Source: the human T2T-CHM13v2.0 reference genome, Homo sapiens. Taken from it: a stretch of DNA of 64,000 nt. This document shows, one piece after another, positions 27,271 through 43,662 of this stretch (the stretch's first letter is position 1; every line of letters begins with the position of its first letter). Both the position numbers and the translations under genes were made by a program. The notes beneath the pieces were generated by a model. The model was not told the DNA's origin and searched no databases. It was given only the letters and a program-made list of their open reading frames with translations. The stretch lies in the NCBI RefSeq assembly GCF_009914755.1, contig NC_060927.1; one strand, given 5' to 3'.

Positions 27271-27811
27271 TGCCTTTTTGCACTGGCTAAAAATCTAATA
27301 CTATGTTGAATAAGAATGTGAGAGTGAACACTCTTCCTCGTTTTTACAAGTTTTTTATGGATGCTCTTTATAAAGTTAAGTAAGTTCTCCTACATTACTA
27401 TTTTTGAGAGTTTTTTAAAAATCAGAAGTGGATATTTACTTTTGTCAAACGCTTTTTCTACGTGAATTGATGTAATTATATAATTTTTATTTTGTAGCCT
27501 GTTGATTTGATGGATTACACTGATTGATTTATGATATTGAACCATTTTGTGTTCATACAATAAACCCTATTTGGTCATGCTATTTCACTCATTTACTATG
27601 TTGTTGAATGATATTTGCTAATATCGCATTAAGCATTTTTGCATCTATATTCATAAGTGTATTAATCTTTATTTTTTTTGTACTGTCTTTGTCTGGTTTT
27701 TGTATTAGGACAATACCAGCTTCAGTAAATGAACTGGAAAGTGCTCCCTCCTTTTCTATTTTCCAGAATGGAGTGCATAGAATTGGTGTTAATTCTTTAA
27801 ATGCTTGGTAG

Positions 27812-28156
<345 letters not shown>

Positions 28157-30986
28157 CTTTTTTGGAGTTTTAAAATTACAAATTCAATTTGCTTAATAGT
28201 TAGAGATCTATTCGCATTATCTATTTTATGGTTAGTGGATTGGGGTAGTTTATGCTTTTCAAGGAATTGACCCCTATTATCTAAGTTGTCAAATTATATG
28301 GGTAGAGTTGTCCATGGTGTTCCAATATCCTTTGATGTCTGCAGAGTCTGCACGTGGCATCCCCATTTCATCCTGATATTGGTAATTTGTGTTTTCACTC
28401 CATTTTTCTTTGTCAAGCTTGCTAGAGTTTTGTCAATTTTATCCATCTTTTCCAATAAACTGTTCTCTGTTTCACTGATATTTTTCCTATAGTTTTCTAT
28501 TTTCAATTTTATTGATTTTTTGTTCTTATCTTTATTGCTTCATTTATTCTGCTTGCTCTGTGTTTATTTGGTTTCTGTTTTTCAAGGTTCTTGAGGTGGA
28601 AGCTTAGATTATTTATTAGAGAAGTTTCCTTTTTTCTAATTTATGTATTTAATACTATAAGTTTTCCTCTCAGCACTGCTTTAACTGTATCTCACAATTT
28701 GAACACGTTGTATTTTTACTTTTCTTCAGTTTAATGTATTATTTGATTTCCTTTTAGACTTCTTCTTTGATCTAATATAATTCAGAAGTATGTCATTTGG
28801 TTTCCAAGTGTTTGAAGATTTCTCTATTATCATTCTGTTACTGATATCTATTTGACTCTATTATAGTCTCAAAATATACTTTGTATGATTTTAGATCTTT
28901 TAAATTTGTTGAGGTTTGTCTCATGGCCCAGGATAGTCTATCTTGGAATAGGTTCTGAGGGCACTTCAAAAGAATCTATATCCTGCTGTTATTTGGGGAA
29001 GTATTCTATAAATGTCTATTCATTCCTGTCAGTCAATGGCATTATTTTATTCTTCTCTATCCTTGCTGATTTTTGTCTAGCTTTCCAATCAGTTAGTGAG
29101 AGAGATGTGTTAAAGTCTCTAACTATAATTATTGACCTACAGTTCTATCCATTTTGGTTAACACATTTTGCAGATCTGTTGTTTCGTGCATATACATTTA
29201 GGGGTGCTATGTCTTCTTGGTGAATTGATGATATATTGTTATTTAATGTCTCTCTTTGCCTTTGGTAATTTTCTTTGCTCTGAAATCTACTTTATCAACT
29301 ATTGGTATAGCCACTCCTACTTTTCTTTAATTAATATTTGCATGATAAATACATTTCTATAATTTTAGCTTCAACCTGCCCATATCATTATATCTGAAGT
29401 AGGTTTATTGTAGACAGCATGTAGTATGGTCATTTTTAACCCACTCTTTCCAATATCTGTTTTTAAATTAGTATATTTAGACTATTTATATTCAACATGA
29501 TTATTGATAAGTTAGTACTTAAGTCTACTTTTGTTTTCTTATTTATTTCTTCTGGTTCTTGTTTCTCTGTTTACATTTTTCTCCCTTACTCAAACATTTT
29601 TTTCCAAAAATTCTATTTTGCTTGGCCTATAGCATTTTGAGTGCATTTCTTTGTACAGCTTATTTGTGGTTTTAATGGATATATACATAAATTATTGCAG
29701 TCTACTGGTGCCACTATTTTATCAATTTGAATGATATGCTGAACTATCACCTGTCTTTTCATCTTTAATCCTCCTCCATTTATAATAACTATCTTAAATA
29801 TTTCCTCTACATAGATTTAGAGCCACATCAGATGGTGTTATAAAATAAAACATGATTTAGAAAACTCAAAAAGAGAAGGAAAATTTATTGTGTTCACTCA
29901 TATTTTTACTGTTTGTATTGTACTTTTCCCCTTTCTGATTTCCAAGATTCTTTTATCATTCTCTTCCTGTTTAAAAAACATCTTTTAGGATAGGTCTTTA
30001 GGCAACAAATTCTCTTAATTGTACTTCATCTATGAATGGCTTGATTTTCTTTTTTTCTAAGGGATATATTTTATTAAATATAGGATTCTGAGTTTGCAGA
30101 TTTTTTTTCTTTCAGTGCCTGAACATATTATGCCACTTCAATTTTACCTTCATAGTTTGGAAGATAAATTTGCTATCATCCTTATTTTTCATCTATAAGT
30201 AAGATGTTTTACTCAGGCTGCTTCAACATTTTTTCTGTCATTAGCTTTCAAAATTGTAATTATCATGTATCTTGACATCAATTGATTTAGCCTTATTATT
30301 TTCAGGCTTTGTTCAGCCTCTTGAATCTATAGGTTTATGTCTTTCCGCAAATTGGGGAGTTTTCAGCCATTATTTCTTCAAGTATGTTTTCAGTTCTTCC
30401 CTCTTTCTTTCCTTTCCAGACTCTGATATCATAAATACTAGATACATTGTTATAGTCTCACAGATCCCTAAGGCTGTGCTCTTTTTTTTTCCTGCCTATT
30501 TCTCTTTTTTGCTCAGATTGGACAATTTCTATTGCGCTATCTTCCAGTTCCTTGATTTTTTCCTCATTCCCCTTCAATCTGTTTTTTATTCCATCAGCTG
30601 AGATTCTTATTTCAGTTATTATATTTTTCATTCTAAATCTCCATGTGTTTCTTTTTTATACTTTCTATTTCTTTGCTGAGATTTTCTATTTCTTGGTTGA
30701 GACTTTGCAATTTTGTTTCTGGCATTGGTTCTAATTGCTTGTTCAAACATTTTTATCATAGGTGCTTTAAAATTTTTAGCAGGTAATTTTAACATTTCTG
30801 TTTTCTCGGTGTTGGAATTTATTGACTATCTTTTTTTTCATTAAGTTTGAGATATTCCTAGTTCATGGCATGATGAATCATATTCTATCGAAACCTGGAC
30901 ATTTTTGCACCATGTTACATGATTTACGATCTTATTACAAACCATTTGCTTTAATATTTTGACACTGCTTCAGTGAGATGGTAGGC

Positions 30987-31053
30987 ACCACCTTGTTACT
31001 GCTAGTAGTTACCACCTTGTTACTGCCAGTAGTTACCACCTTGTTACTGCCAG
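30987..31053. repeat. 24-bp minisatellite (~2.8 copies) in the L1MC 5' region
   Basis: ACCACCTTGTTACTGC(T/C)AGTAGTT repeated. Confidence 0.9.
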
Positions 31054-32135
31054 AAGAGGTCTGGGTTCCCCCACTTTACCTCCAGTGACACCTGTGTGGT
31101 AGAGGCAGCGGGGAGGGAAGCATCTCATTATTGCTGGTTACAGGTTGGAGTTCCAGCTCCTCTAGTGGTCTCCACTGATGTGGTAGTGGCCTCATTACTC
31201 TAGGCAATAGTTAATGTCCTAAATTTCCAATCGGTTTCTTCTGATACCACCACAGTGAGGAAGGATAGAGACATCTTGCTACTGCTCGATGTGGTCCATG
31301 CTGCTCATGTGGTCTCCATTGCCTCCATGAAAGCAGAGGGGAGCAGAGTGGGGATATCATTACTGGACAGCAGGGATGAAAATCCTTCCTTCTGACTTGG
31401 TCTTCTTTGAAGCTATCCTAGTCGAAGTGTTAGGGTTCCTCATTACAGACTCACGAGGGTGGAAATCTAGGCTCCGAGTTCATCTTTTACTGGTATAGAT
31501 AGGTGTGGGGCCACAGTATTTCATGTGGTATTTTGTTGGAGAAGTTATTGTGTAAAATGTTTCTGTCTTGATAGGTTGCCTTTTTCCTAATGTTTGGCTA
31601 GAGAGAAGAAGCTTTTGTTGGAGCTTAAATTTTCTTTTCTTTTGTCTATTGGTATTTATAGGTTTCCGGCTTCTGCAGCTTCATGTCTGAGATACGTGAA
31701 GCAAAAAGGAAGCCCACGACAATTACTGCCATGTGATTTCACTAGGTCTAGGCATCCCGAACTGGCTTGTCTTTATATTTTCTCCTTTTATAGTCTTCTT
31801 ACATTTGCCTAATACATAATGTCTGGGGCTTTTATTGTACTTATCAATAGGAATAGGAAAAATGTGCCTATGCCATATTCGTGGAAATGAAAGTCTGGCA
31901 TGACTATCAAAAATAAATTGGACTCAGGAATGTTGAACAAATTGTTCAGGGTCACCCAGTTAGAAAGTGAAAAATCAAGAAAGAAATGAGTAATAGGCAC
32001 TTTAGAGTGAAATGGTCTGAGTTTGGTTTCTAGATCTATCACTCATTCTAAATATTATTAGTAATTTTTTTTTCCACAGGCCCCTTTGAGAATATGATAA
32101 AAGCTAAAATCTTCTCTTCTGAAAAACACACTTAT

Positions 32136-32460
<325 letters not shown>

Positions 32461-35400
32461 TTATGCACATACATACAACAGTTTGCACTTCATTTGAGTT
32501 AATTCCATGAATTCTAGGTCAGGATCTCCTGTTTTGGAAAAAAGCATGTTGTAGGCTTGTATGTGAGGAAGAGAGAAGCCACATTTATAAGAACAGAGCA
32601 GAGAATCACATTCTGAAAGGGAGTTTGCTGGTTCAAGTGTGGCTCTCAGAACGAAGAGGCTCTGAGGACTTGAATGAGTAGAGGACAACCATAGGGGCAT
32701 CATGGAGTGCCAAGAGCAGTGGTTTTACTAGAAGATGCCCGTCTTCATCCCCACTCACCGGAGGGATGACTCACCTGTGCAGGCAGCTCTGCCGGGCTCC
32801 TCTGTATGTGTAGATTATCATCTGTTAACTGATGATCACCATGCTGGATGTGCTATAGCAATGCCCTCAGGGCTTTCTGGCTCCAGAGCACTTCTGGACC
32901 CTTTCTGGATAGGAAGCAAATGATATTGCTTGGACTTTGCAAATGGACTTAAGCACACCAGTGTACCCTGAGCTGGGGACAGAGGTAAAAGACTAGCATA
33001 AAGTTTGACATATAGGACAACAGAAAAGAAAGGTTAAGAAGGCTATGAGGGCTACAGGAAAGAGCAGTCAGATAATCAATTTGTATTTTAGCATTTACTA
33101 GCTAGGTGGCCTTGGATAAGTCACTAATGTCTTTGAATATCAATGTCTTCATCTGTAAAATGTTGATAATAATATAAATAATAATTATAGATTAATAATT
33201 TCACATCATATAGTTTTTACATGTAGTGAAGAAGATCATACATGCAGAGACTCTTTGTGAATTGGAAAACACTATACCAATATTATTTTCTAGGTCTAGC
33301 TAGAGATTATATACTTCATCCAGGAGTAGAATTTTACGTACATAATTGTTACCTTTTGTAAGATATTTATGTAAAGGATTGATGTGAAAACGTATAACAA
33401 TTCTATGGTAAAACCATGATCTAGTTTTCTCTACTTAGAGAAAAATGTCCTAGGGAACATGGGTACTCCCCATAGAGAAAAAATATGTTTCATTAGAGCA
33501 GATGGCTGAGGAGAAAAAAAGTAGAGCATAATAAAAGGTATCTATAAAATTAGTCAAAACACTGAGTGTTACAAAAATAGTTCAGTGTTTTAACTGTCTT
33601 TTAGGGGTTTGTTTTACACGTGGAGGCAAAATGATCATAATAAATATCAAAGGCAACCTCTCTGAACTATTTTTTTCTGGAATTCTAAAGAACTGGCAGC
33701 ATTCTGAGAGCCTTTAGGTGAGGAATGACTAAGTGAGAAACAGACAGTTCAGTTTTTTATAACTTAGAGACAAGCATTTACCATTCTAAACAATTCTAAA
33801 CAATAACCAATGAGTCTATTGTCAGGTTCAGGAAGGAGGCAACCCTTTGAAATGCCTGAAGGTAAAAGTGGCACAGAGTGTTCAAATGATTCTGTTGGTT
33901 AATAATTAATATCCTCTGGAGACTTGCGCAAATGATTATGCAAGAGCACATATCACACTGTGCATTCCTAACCTCTGATACACTAAAGCATAAGTGTTTT
34001 GTTACCAAGTATTCTTTGCAATCTTTCTTAGCCATTAATCTAAAGTTTCTGCATTTAGAGAGCTGTTGTGAATTGACCAAAGTCAATTTGTCATTGACAA
34101 ATATTTAGTTAGGTTTGGTAGATGGGAGGAGTTAGAAATGGATAAGAACTCAAGGTCTCCCCACATCCTTGCTATCCAGGTAACATTTAACAATAAAAAT
34201 AAATCTCAGATTGAATTCCTCAACATGTACAAATTTTTATTAGCAAACCTGCATGGACCTCTTCTGTAAACTAAGTGAAGACTTTACTCTTGATCCTTCA
34301 GCATGCTGTGATAGTATTTTGCAGGAAATCACCACTTTAGAAAAATGTGAAAATTTTTGAGCAGTAGGATACAGTTAATCTGAGATCAAATGTCAGAATA
34401 TTACAAAAATGGCTTAAGACAGGACTGGATACTTAGGGCTATGGCTCTACTGGAAAGGATGTAAGATTTTATGCCCTATTCATGTCACAGGAGGCATACC
34501 TGTACAATCCTGTAAGCCAGTCTTTATATTTTGAGCACAAATAATGGCCAAAATGAAAATGTATTTCTCACCTCCATTATGCAAATTAACAAAGCTTCTG
34601 GAGTTGAAAGAAGAATAGGATTGGCTGAAGCAATTCCAGAAGCTTTCCAGGGGTACAGCCTTTTGAGAAGACCTTTCCAAATGCTACAATATGTTTGAAA
34701 TATTTATTTTTGATTAAGGTACAAAGTTTTTCCAGTAAATATCAAGTATTTATTGAATATAATTAATGCATATACATTGTATATGTTTTAAGATGTGTAA
34801 TACCATGAATTTGAAGTACATGCCCATTAAACAGAACTCTTAAAAGTGCTAGTATCATCTTTTTTCTGATAGCAACCAAATAAATCCACCTTAAGGTAAA
34901 TATTTTTAAGTCAATTAACCCTTATTGGTAAGTGGCTTTGTACTTTTGAGAAATGAATAATTAAAACAATTTGTTGTAATTAAAGAAATTGATTATGTTT
35001 GATGAAGTGTCTAGCTTCCAAGGTTTGTGTATAGTTTGTTTAATAACTATTAAACTAAGTGATTGTGGCACTTGGAATATAATGTCCAAATAGGAGTGTC
35101 ATTATTTTTAAGGAAGCACATACTGAGTTTGACAAAAAGATTTAAAACGGTTTATTGTAATTTTCCTTCTTAAAAAATTAAGAATTCGAGATGAATGTTT
35201 TACCAGGATGAAATTTATGAATGTAACTACAAAGGATATAAAGTCTCTCTCTGGAAATGAAATCTGTCTTCATTTGTTTTTACCATTTTCACTTTTACAA
35301 AGCATTTTTCATCATTTTAAGAGGAAGTTCTGTGCAGGTGTTTAAATTCTGTGATGAGCATTATGAACCTCATTTTGTGGTCAGGCATTGTGGGCAATGC

Positions 35401-35619
35401 AGATTTTATTTCCTAAATTCACAACTTTCTAAGTCCCAATTTTTAAATATTACAAATTATAGAGTTTATTCATTGAACCATCCTCTTATTCACTAGTATT
35501 CATTGAGCAAAAAATATGGATCAGGCACAAGAAGCTAAAAATGCTAAAGACACAGTCCCTGCCTCAGTAAATCACAGCCTAGTTGGAGAGACTGAGAGGT
35601 GGCTGGTGTCATGGCAGCA

Positions 35620-35870
35620 GATGACAGAGTGGCTTAGAGCCTGGGCTCTGCAGCCAGTCGTATTGAGCCAGAATTCTGACTCTGCCATCTCTTAACCTCT
35701 CTCTGGTTCAGTTTCCCCACCTATAAAATGACTATGTATGATGCTATCTACCTCATAGGATTGTTGCGAGGACCAATGTCATTTATTCATACAAACACTC
35801 TGAATGTTGTATGGCATGTAGAGATAAATGTGCCAAACAATACATGTTGTCTAGAATTATTATGTTAAGT
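35620..35870 (+). mobile_element. MIR
   Basis: CTTAACCTCTCT...CAGTTTCCCCACCTATAAAATG...CTACCTCATAGGATTGTTG core. Confidence 0.8.
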
Positions 35871-36805
35871 GTAGGTTGCTTTGAGAGCTGTCTCCTGCTT
35901 TGAGAGACATAAAATATCTCTTTATGTCACTCTGTGTCAACTCAGATACCAATTCCTACCAGACTGAACTCTGTATGATCTTTTTAATCTATTGACTTCC
36001 CCCTATTCTCACAGTCATGACTTTGGTTTAGACTTTGGTTATTTCTTACTTGTTTTCCTGACAGTCTTATGTCCTTGGATGCATTATCCAGACTTTCTAA
36101 TCACTGACTGAAAAATCTTATCTGATTATCTGTTATCATCTCCCTCCCACGATCAAAATCTCCTTCAATGCCTTTTTATTATCCTCATTCTGAAATGAAA
36201 CACAGGGCCTCTCAAGCTCAAGTTATGCTGGGCCACTCTTGGGTGTTGAGATTCCTTATTAGTGTGTAAAAATAAACAAATGCTAAAATTAAAATCACAA
36301 TATGTTTTACATTTATGGGTTTGTAACATGGAATCACTTTAAACATATACAATATAGAAATGTGTATAATTGTGCAATTCAAAGATAACTAAAGAAACCA
36401 TGCAATTCTCAATTCATAGTTGATGTGACTATGTATTTGGTACACAGGTTAACAGCTTATAGTAACTGAAATGTCTTCCTTTTTCAATTTAATCAGTGGA
36501 TTTCTCTGTATTAGAAATGATTTGGGCTGGAACTAACAGTTTATGCAATATCAATTAATTATTTCTCATAGTTCTGCAAAATGGGGATCATCTTGCTGGC
36601 TCTACTCCTCCTGGTATTTGCTGGGGCTAGAAAATCCAAGATGGCTTCTTCACTCACATTTCTGGTGCCTCAGGTAGGAGGGCTAGAATAGAGCATAGCT
36701 GGCTGGGCATTTCTTTCTCCATGCGGCCTCTCAAATGGCTAGCTTGGGCTTCCATGAGGCATGATGGACTCTGGGTATTCAAACTTCTTACGTGGTAACT
36801 GATTC

Positions 36806-37259
36806 TTTTTTTTTTTTTTTTTTTTTTTTGACGGAATCTCACTCTTGTCCAGGCTGGAGTTCAGTGGTACAATCTTGGCTCACTGCAACCTCTGCCTCCT
36901 GGGTTCAAATGATTCTCCTGCCTCAGCCTCCTGAGTAGCTGGGACTACAGATGTGTGCTACCATGCCCAGCTAATTTTTTGTATTTTTTAGTACAGACAG
37001 GGTTTCACTGTGTTAGCCAGGATGGTCTTGATCTCCTGACCTTGTGATCAGCCTGCTTGGCCTCCCAAAGTGTTGGGATTACAGGCGTGAGCCACTGCAC
37101 CCAGCCCTGATTCTATTCTTTTTTTTTTTTTTTTTTTTTTTTAGAGACAGGTTCTCACTATGTTGCTGAGACTGGACTCAAATTTCTGGGCTCAAGCAAT
37201 CTTCCTGCTTAATAGCTCCCTAATAGCTGGGACTATAGGTGCACTCCACTGCATCTGGC
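36806..37259 (-). mobile_element. AluS (36806-37106) next to a FLAM/AluJ monomer (37119-37259), inside an MLT1 LTR
   Basis: Two poly-T-headed reverse Alus; TSD CTGATTCT around the first. Confidence 0.88.
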
Positions 37260-37895
37260 AAAACTGGTTTCTGAGAGAGAGGAAGTCTCTTTTTGAGGCC
37301 AGTCCCAGAATTGGCACTAATGGTCAATGTCACTCCCACTACATTCTGGTGAAAGGAAGTTACAAAGCTAGTGCAGATTCAAGGAGAGGGAAAATAGACT
37401 CCATCCCACCTATTATTATGCAGAATAATGTGTGAGTACAGTGAAAAAAGGAGGCGATGGTGGCCATCTTTACAGACTATCCACCATACTCAAATAATGT
37501 CTACATTGAGGTAGTTGCTGATAATGATTCAGTGGTTCTACTCTGATACTTTTGGCCTTCCTCTCATTGTTGAAAGGTGATTGGAGTATTTCCAACTGTT
37601 TTATCCTCTTCCAATTATGTTCAAAGCTAGGAAACAGGTGAGTCCTTTTCCTTAGGCACTTCTTTCTTATCAGGTAGAAAAAAAATTTCCCACAAGCCCC
37701 CATCAGATTTCTTCTTGCAGCGCTTTGACCGGACCTGGATTACATACCCACCCTTAGACAAGGATGGGCCTTTTCCTTAAGAGGAGCTGCATCCAAATCC
37801 TAAACAAAATTAGTGAACTAATGGCAAGATGGGAGAGAGAGTGGATTTTAAGTAAACAAGGAATGGAGGAATGGTGTTGGTCATTTTCTTTTTAA

Positions 37896-38199
<304 letters not shown>

Positions 38200-38590
38200 A
38201 TATTCTTTAACTGTATGTACAATTTAATTTGTAGATGATCCTAAAAGTCTAAATTGGAGTCCTACTGTCTTCCTCATCTTCAGCCCCCATAACAAACCTC
38301 ATGATAGTTTTTGTCTATAAGAACCCCTTTGTAGTTTTACCACCTGCAAATTATTTAACCTTGCTTTTCCGTGATTCCTCACCCTTCACATCCCTTATAT
38401 CTCTTAGCTATTGCCTCAAAAATTCTGGATAACAAACCAACCCAAATTTTTCCTTAAACGGCATTTACTTATTCTTACTCAGACTCATATGGATTGGCTA
38501 GAGGTAGGCTTGAGATTGGCTGATGGAGGTCTGGCTTAGATTCAATCAGGAGGTTGGTCCACATCTGTTCCACATGTCTCTCCTCCTCCC

Positions 38591-38680
38591 TGCATTTGCT
38601 GGTCTTTAAGTGCCTTCAACTGAAAATAATCAGTATACCAAAGCAGCATATTTTGGAGTGGCATTTCCTGAAATCCTTCA
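38591..38680 (-). mobile_element. MER34-like ERV1 LTR 5' fragment
   Basis: Reverse complement TGAAGGATTTCAGGAAATGCCACTCCAAAATATGCTGCTTTGG. Confidence 0.6.
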
Positions 38681-40027
38681 CTGGTCAGGTGGCGAAGATC
38701 AACCACCTGATCAATTTGTTCTAGAGTGTAGAACAAGTCTGGAACTAGACAGGACTAAGTTCAAATCTGGGCTCTGTCTTTTACTAGCTATGTGACCTTT
38801 GTCAAATACTTAATCTCTTTAATCCTCAAATTCTTCATTTGTAAAGGGAAGATTAGAATAGTACTGCAAGGACATGCTCCAAAATTTAACAAGGATTATC
38901 TTTGGATAATAGGGTTAAGAATCCTTTTAAAGTCTGCCTTTAAAAAAAAAATCTAAATTTCCTACCTATAATTAACACGTATTACCCTTGTAATTTTCAA
39001 AAAGTTATTTTTTTCAAAACATACTATTGATGCTTTCTGTAAACATGTGGCATAATTGCAGGTTCTATTAATATCTGTGAAGAACTGCAAACAAGAGAAT
39101 GGATTAGGAAAACTGATATTCTTATTTTTCTCTCTATTGAAGACAAGAAACACACACTGAATACTGATTATCTGTAGAGCACGGAGTGTGGTTCTACATT
39201 GAAAAAGGAATATTTTGTGCTTTTAAGGACTTTACAATCATTAGGGTAGAATTCTAAAAAGCAAATAAATAACAATAATGTACTCCATGTTAGAATGGGG
39301 CAAACATTTTTTTTTAAAAAAAGGCTAAATAAACGAAATGTTCCCTGGGTTATCCCTGGGAAAGGAGTGATCACAGTAGGTGAAGCATCACAAAATATTT
39401 CCTGGAGGAGGTAGCATCATGGATGACCCACAAAGGGTGGATGACCCTCACAAATTAACTACAGTCTCAGTGCTTATTGGTTTGCTTCACAATAAAAGGA
39501 AAATTGGTCAAGAGATAAGAGCTGAGAATGAGGCTGGTTAATTTATAAGGAGAGGAATCTCCCTGTTAACTGCTCTAGCTGACAGTAACCTCAACAGCTG
39601 CATGTCACAAAGCTCAGGGGAGTAGGAAGTTCTTCTCTCATCACAACTGAGAAACCCAACGTTTAAATAAACCACAATTTGATTCAGTTCAATTGTGTGT
39701 GTTTGTGTGTGCGTGCAGAGTTTAAAAAGCTGGTAAAATAGATTGTCAGCTTTTAAAATTTCTGTTCAAGTTGATATTTATTGTTTTTCAACTCATTAAG
39801 GGCTTAAACGTTACCTTCCTTGTTTTTTAAACCCTGAGTCGGGCTATTATTTTTTTGTTCCCATTTGCAAATGGCCCAGTTTTTTACATGTATATATTAA
39901 CTGCTTATGTGAATACACAAAATATTATACTAAGCCAAATATACAACTATGTGTGAAAATGATGTCTTGATTAAGGGTATCAGACATCCCTTTCAACAAG
40001 AATTTCAAAAGGAAGGGCATCATGACA

Positions 40028-40356
40028 ATTTTTTTTTCTTTTTCTTTTATTTATTTTTTGTTTTTGAGACAGGGTCTCATTCTGTCTTCTAGGCTGAAGT
40101 GCAGTGGCACAATCATGGCTCACTGCAGCGTTAGTCTCCTGGGCTCAAGTGATTCTCCCACCTCAGCCTCCTGAGTAGTTGGCACTATAGATACATGCCA
40201 ACATGCCTGGCTTTTTTTTTTTTTTTTTTTTTTTTAGTAAAGATGAAATCTCACTATGTTGCTTAGGCTGGTCTCGAACTCCTGGGCTCAAGTAATCCTC
40301 CCATCTAGACCTCCCAAAGTGCTGGGATTACAGGTGTGGACCACTGCACTCAGCCT
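40028..40356 (-). mobile_element. AluJ
   Basis: CTCCTGGGCTCAAG in both arms; expanded central poly-T. Confidence 0.9.
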
Positions 40357-40929
40357 GATGAATTTTTAAAATTATCAAATTGCAATATGCATGAGTTTAC
40401 ACATCTATTATTTTTATTATGATGATTTTCAAAAGGCTAGCTTGCACTTGGCAATGCTGAATTCTGATTCTTCTCAATTTCACAGGAGACTGGAGATTAA
40501 ATCAGAAATGTTAAGGGCAAACAAAATTAAAATCAACATTAATGATGTATCATGGCAAAGACCACCAGTTAAACATTCCACCATAGATTTAAATATCTAG
40601 CCTCCAACAATGTAAAACATCTTTGTGATAATTAAGGAAAACAAAGCTTTTGGAATCTATTGGACATTTATTTGCCACATTGTGTTTTCAGGAGAAAGAA
40701 AGTACATGTTTGCTATCTGGAGGAACTTGGGCAAATGTAGGAAAAAAAAAAGAAGAAGAAAGAAACCCACATACTTCTCCATTCTTAAGAAAAGGAAGTA
40801 GTGGTGACATCATTCTCGGCTAAAATGTAGTCTGTTTATATCTCAAATATTCGGTAACAATGTTTTCTCCAGAGTTATGAAGCAACTAGAACAATCAAAT
40901 ACAATTTTCTTCTAAATCTTTATTGCCTG

Positions 40930-41500
40930 ATTCATTCATTCATCCAACAAATATTTATTAAACATCGATTATGTGTTTGATGCTTAGGGACACAATAGTA
41001 AGTGGAGGGAAAGATACATAATACCTGCCCTCAAGAAATTTGGAGTTGAGTGGAGGATAGAAATATAAATTAAAGAATGACACAAATAATTATAAAGTTA
41101 CAGCTGTTAAAAGAAAAGCATATGGTGCCAAGAGAACGTGTAATACAAGATCTACTCATGGAGGTGAGGGAAAGCTTGCCCATCAAAGAAGTTATGATTC
41201 AATCCACGAAGACCAGGAGTTGGCTGGGTGAAGAAAAAAAGGTCAGAGGAAGGAAGTCCACACTGGGGAAGGCTCTAAGCATAAAGGGTAGGAGGATTAC
41301 AGAGGCATATTCACGAAATTTGGAGAAGGCTTTCAGTAAGCAAGGAGAAGCCAAATGAAAGTTTACGGGAGAGTTGGAGGCTTGAAGACACGTTCAAGGA
41401 TCTGGTTTTTATCTTCTCTTTATCTCAAGAGCAGTGGGAAGCCATTAAATGATTTTAATCAGAGGGTTGGTATAACTAGTTTTGTATTTTGAAAAGCTGA
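40930..41500 (-). mobile_element. L2 fragment
   Basis: ATTCATTCATTCATCCAACAAATATTTATT tail...CCTGCCCTCAAG...GGGAAGCCATTAAATGATTTTAA. Confidence 0.75.
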
Positions 41501-42424
41501 ATTCAGCTCTCGTTTGAGAAACTGAGTGAAAGAGCCCAGAACGGCCGTGGCTGAGGGTGACTCCTGGGAGACTCCTACACAAGCCATGGCAGTGGCATGG
41601 GCTGGTGGCAGAAGAGGGAATAGGGAGAAGATTTGGAACTCAATCTTCCTCCATTGACAAAGTCACTCCAGCTTTGGCAAGGCAATTAATTGGTGGGAAA
41701 GAAGATGCCTAGCCCTCCTGATTTCACTGCACTTTCTGCATCTTCAACATGAGTACTGGGAAGTGGCAAAACATCCAGAGGCAGCTTGGGTGCTAGGTGG
41801 AGCATGAGTTAAAATTCCAGGATGAAGCAAATGAACACTTAGAATGACAGGAAAGATTTGGGAGTTGGGTTTGGGGGAGGGCTATTTACCTTTATTCCCT
41901 GGAGACCCTGGCACAAACCCTTGCCTCTGCAATCTTCCTCTCAGGTAAAGGAATTCATTAAATGAATTGCTAGAAGATCTACTGACCAGAGGGCTGTACA
42001 GAATCATATCTTTGAGAGTGGGAAGTAGGTTGATCACATAGTTTATTATCCAATCAGGACATATCTGAAAGAGAAAGGGGGTTCTATTAATATTTAAACT
42101 ACAAAACATGTACACCAGGAATGTCTTGGGCAAATCTGGTTGCCCTAGCAAGAAAGGAAATTTGAAAGTTTATGCTGTTCTGCTCCCATGTTACCCCGTT
42201 TGCACATGAGAGGGTAAGTATTCTCTTTCTTCACCTGCATTAAGGGAATAAAAGCACAAGCATTCAGGTGACTCCCAACCCACTTTTAATTTTACAGTTT
42301 CTGCTATACTCTATACATTCTGAAAATTACATTTCCCACCACTATCACTTCGTGATAGGTGATCATTTACAATTACTCACTGACTCAGTCCCGGGAAGAG
42401 GCGGTGCAAAATGGGACGCTCTAT

Positions 42425-42550
42425 CCAGGTGCTCATTAGAAATGCAGAATCTCTGCCTGCCTCCTAGACCTACTGAATTAGAATCTGCATTTTTAAATAA
42501 GATTTCCAGGTGATCAATATGTACATTAAAACTTGAGAAAAACCTCTAGA
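42425..42550. mobile_element. MER5 (hAT-Charlie) in the proximal promoter
   Basis: TTAGAAATGCAGAATCTC...AGACCTACTGAATTAGAATCTGCATTTT...CAGGTGAT...TTGAGAA. Confidence 0.85.
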
Positions 42551-43007
42551 CTTCGACCTAAAGAAAAACATTTTACAACTTGACAGTGTATGCACATACA
42601 TACATGCATATAGACACAACTGAAGCACAAATTTAATGAAGTAGAATTTACCGTTACTATTTTATTTGGGAAAGAAATGTGCTCGCGACTCAATAGATTG
42701 GAGTATTCACTCCTGGATCTCAACTTGCAATTTGAAAACGCATCTCTAAAGCACCTAGGAGCAATCTGAAGAAAGCTGAGGGGAGGCGGCAGATGTTCTG
42801 ATCTACTAGGGAAAACGTGGACGTTTTCTGTTGTTACTTTGTGAACTGTGTGCACTTAGTCATTCTTGAGTAAATACTTGGAGCGAGGAACTCCTGAGTG
42901 GTGTGGGAGGGCGGTGAGGGGCAGCTGAAAGTCGGCCAAAGCTCTCGGAGGGGCTGGTCTAGGAAACATGATTGGCAGCTACGAGAGAGCTAGGGGCTGG
43001 ACGTCGA

Positions 43008-43662
<655 letters not shown>

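Noticed and set aside
41800-42830. Named promoter SNPs or specific alleles
   Set aside because: Variant identity cannot be established from one sequence without a database.
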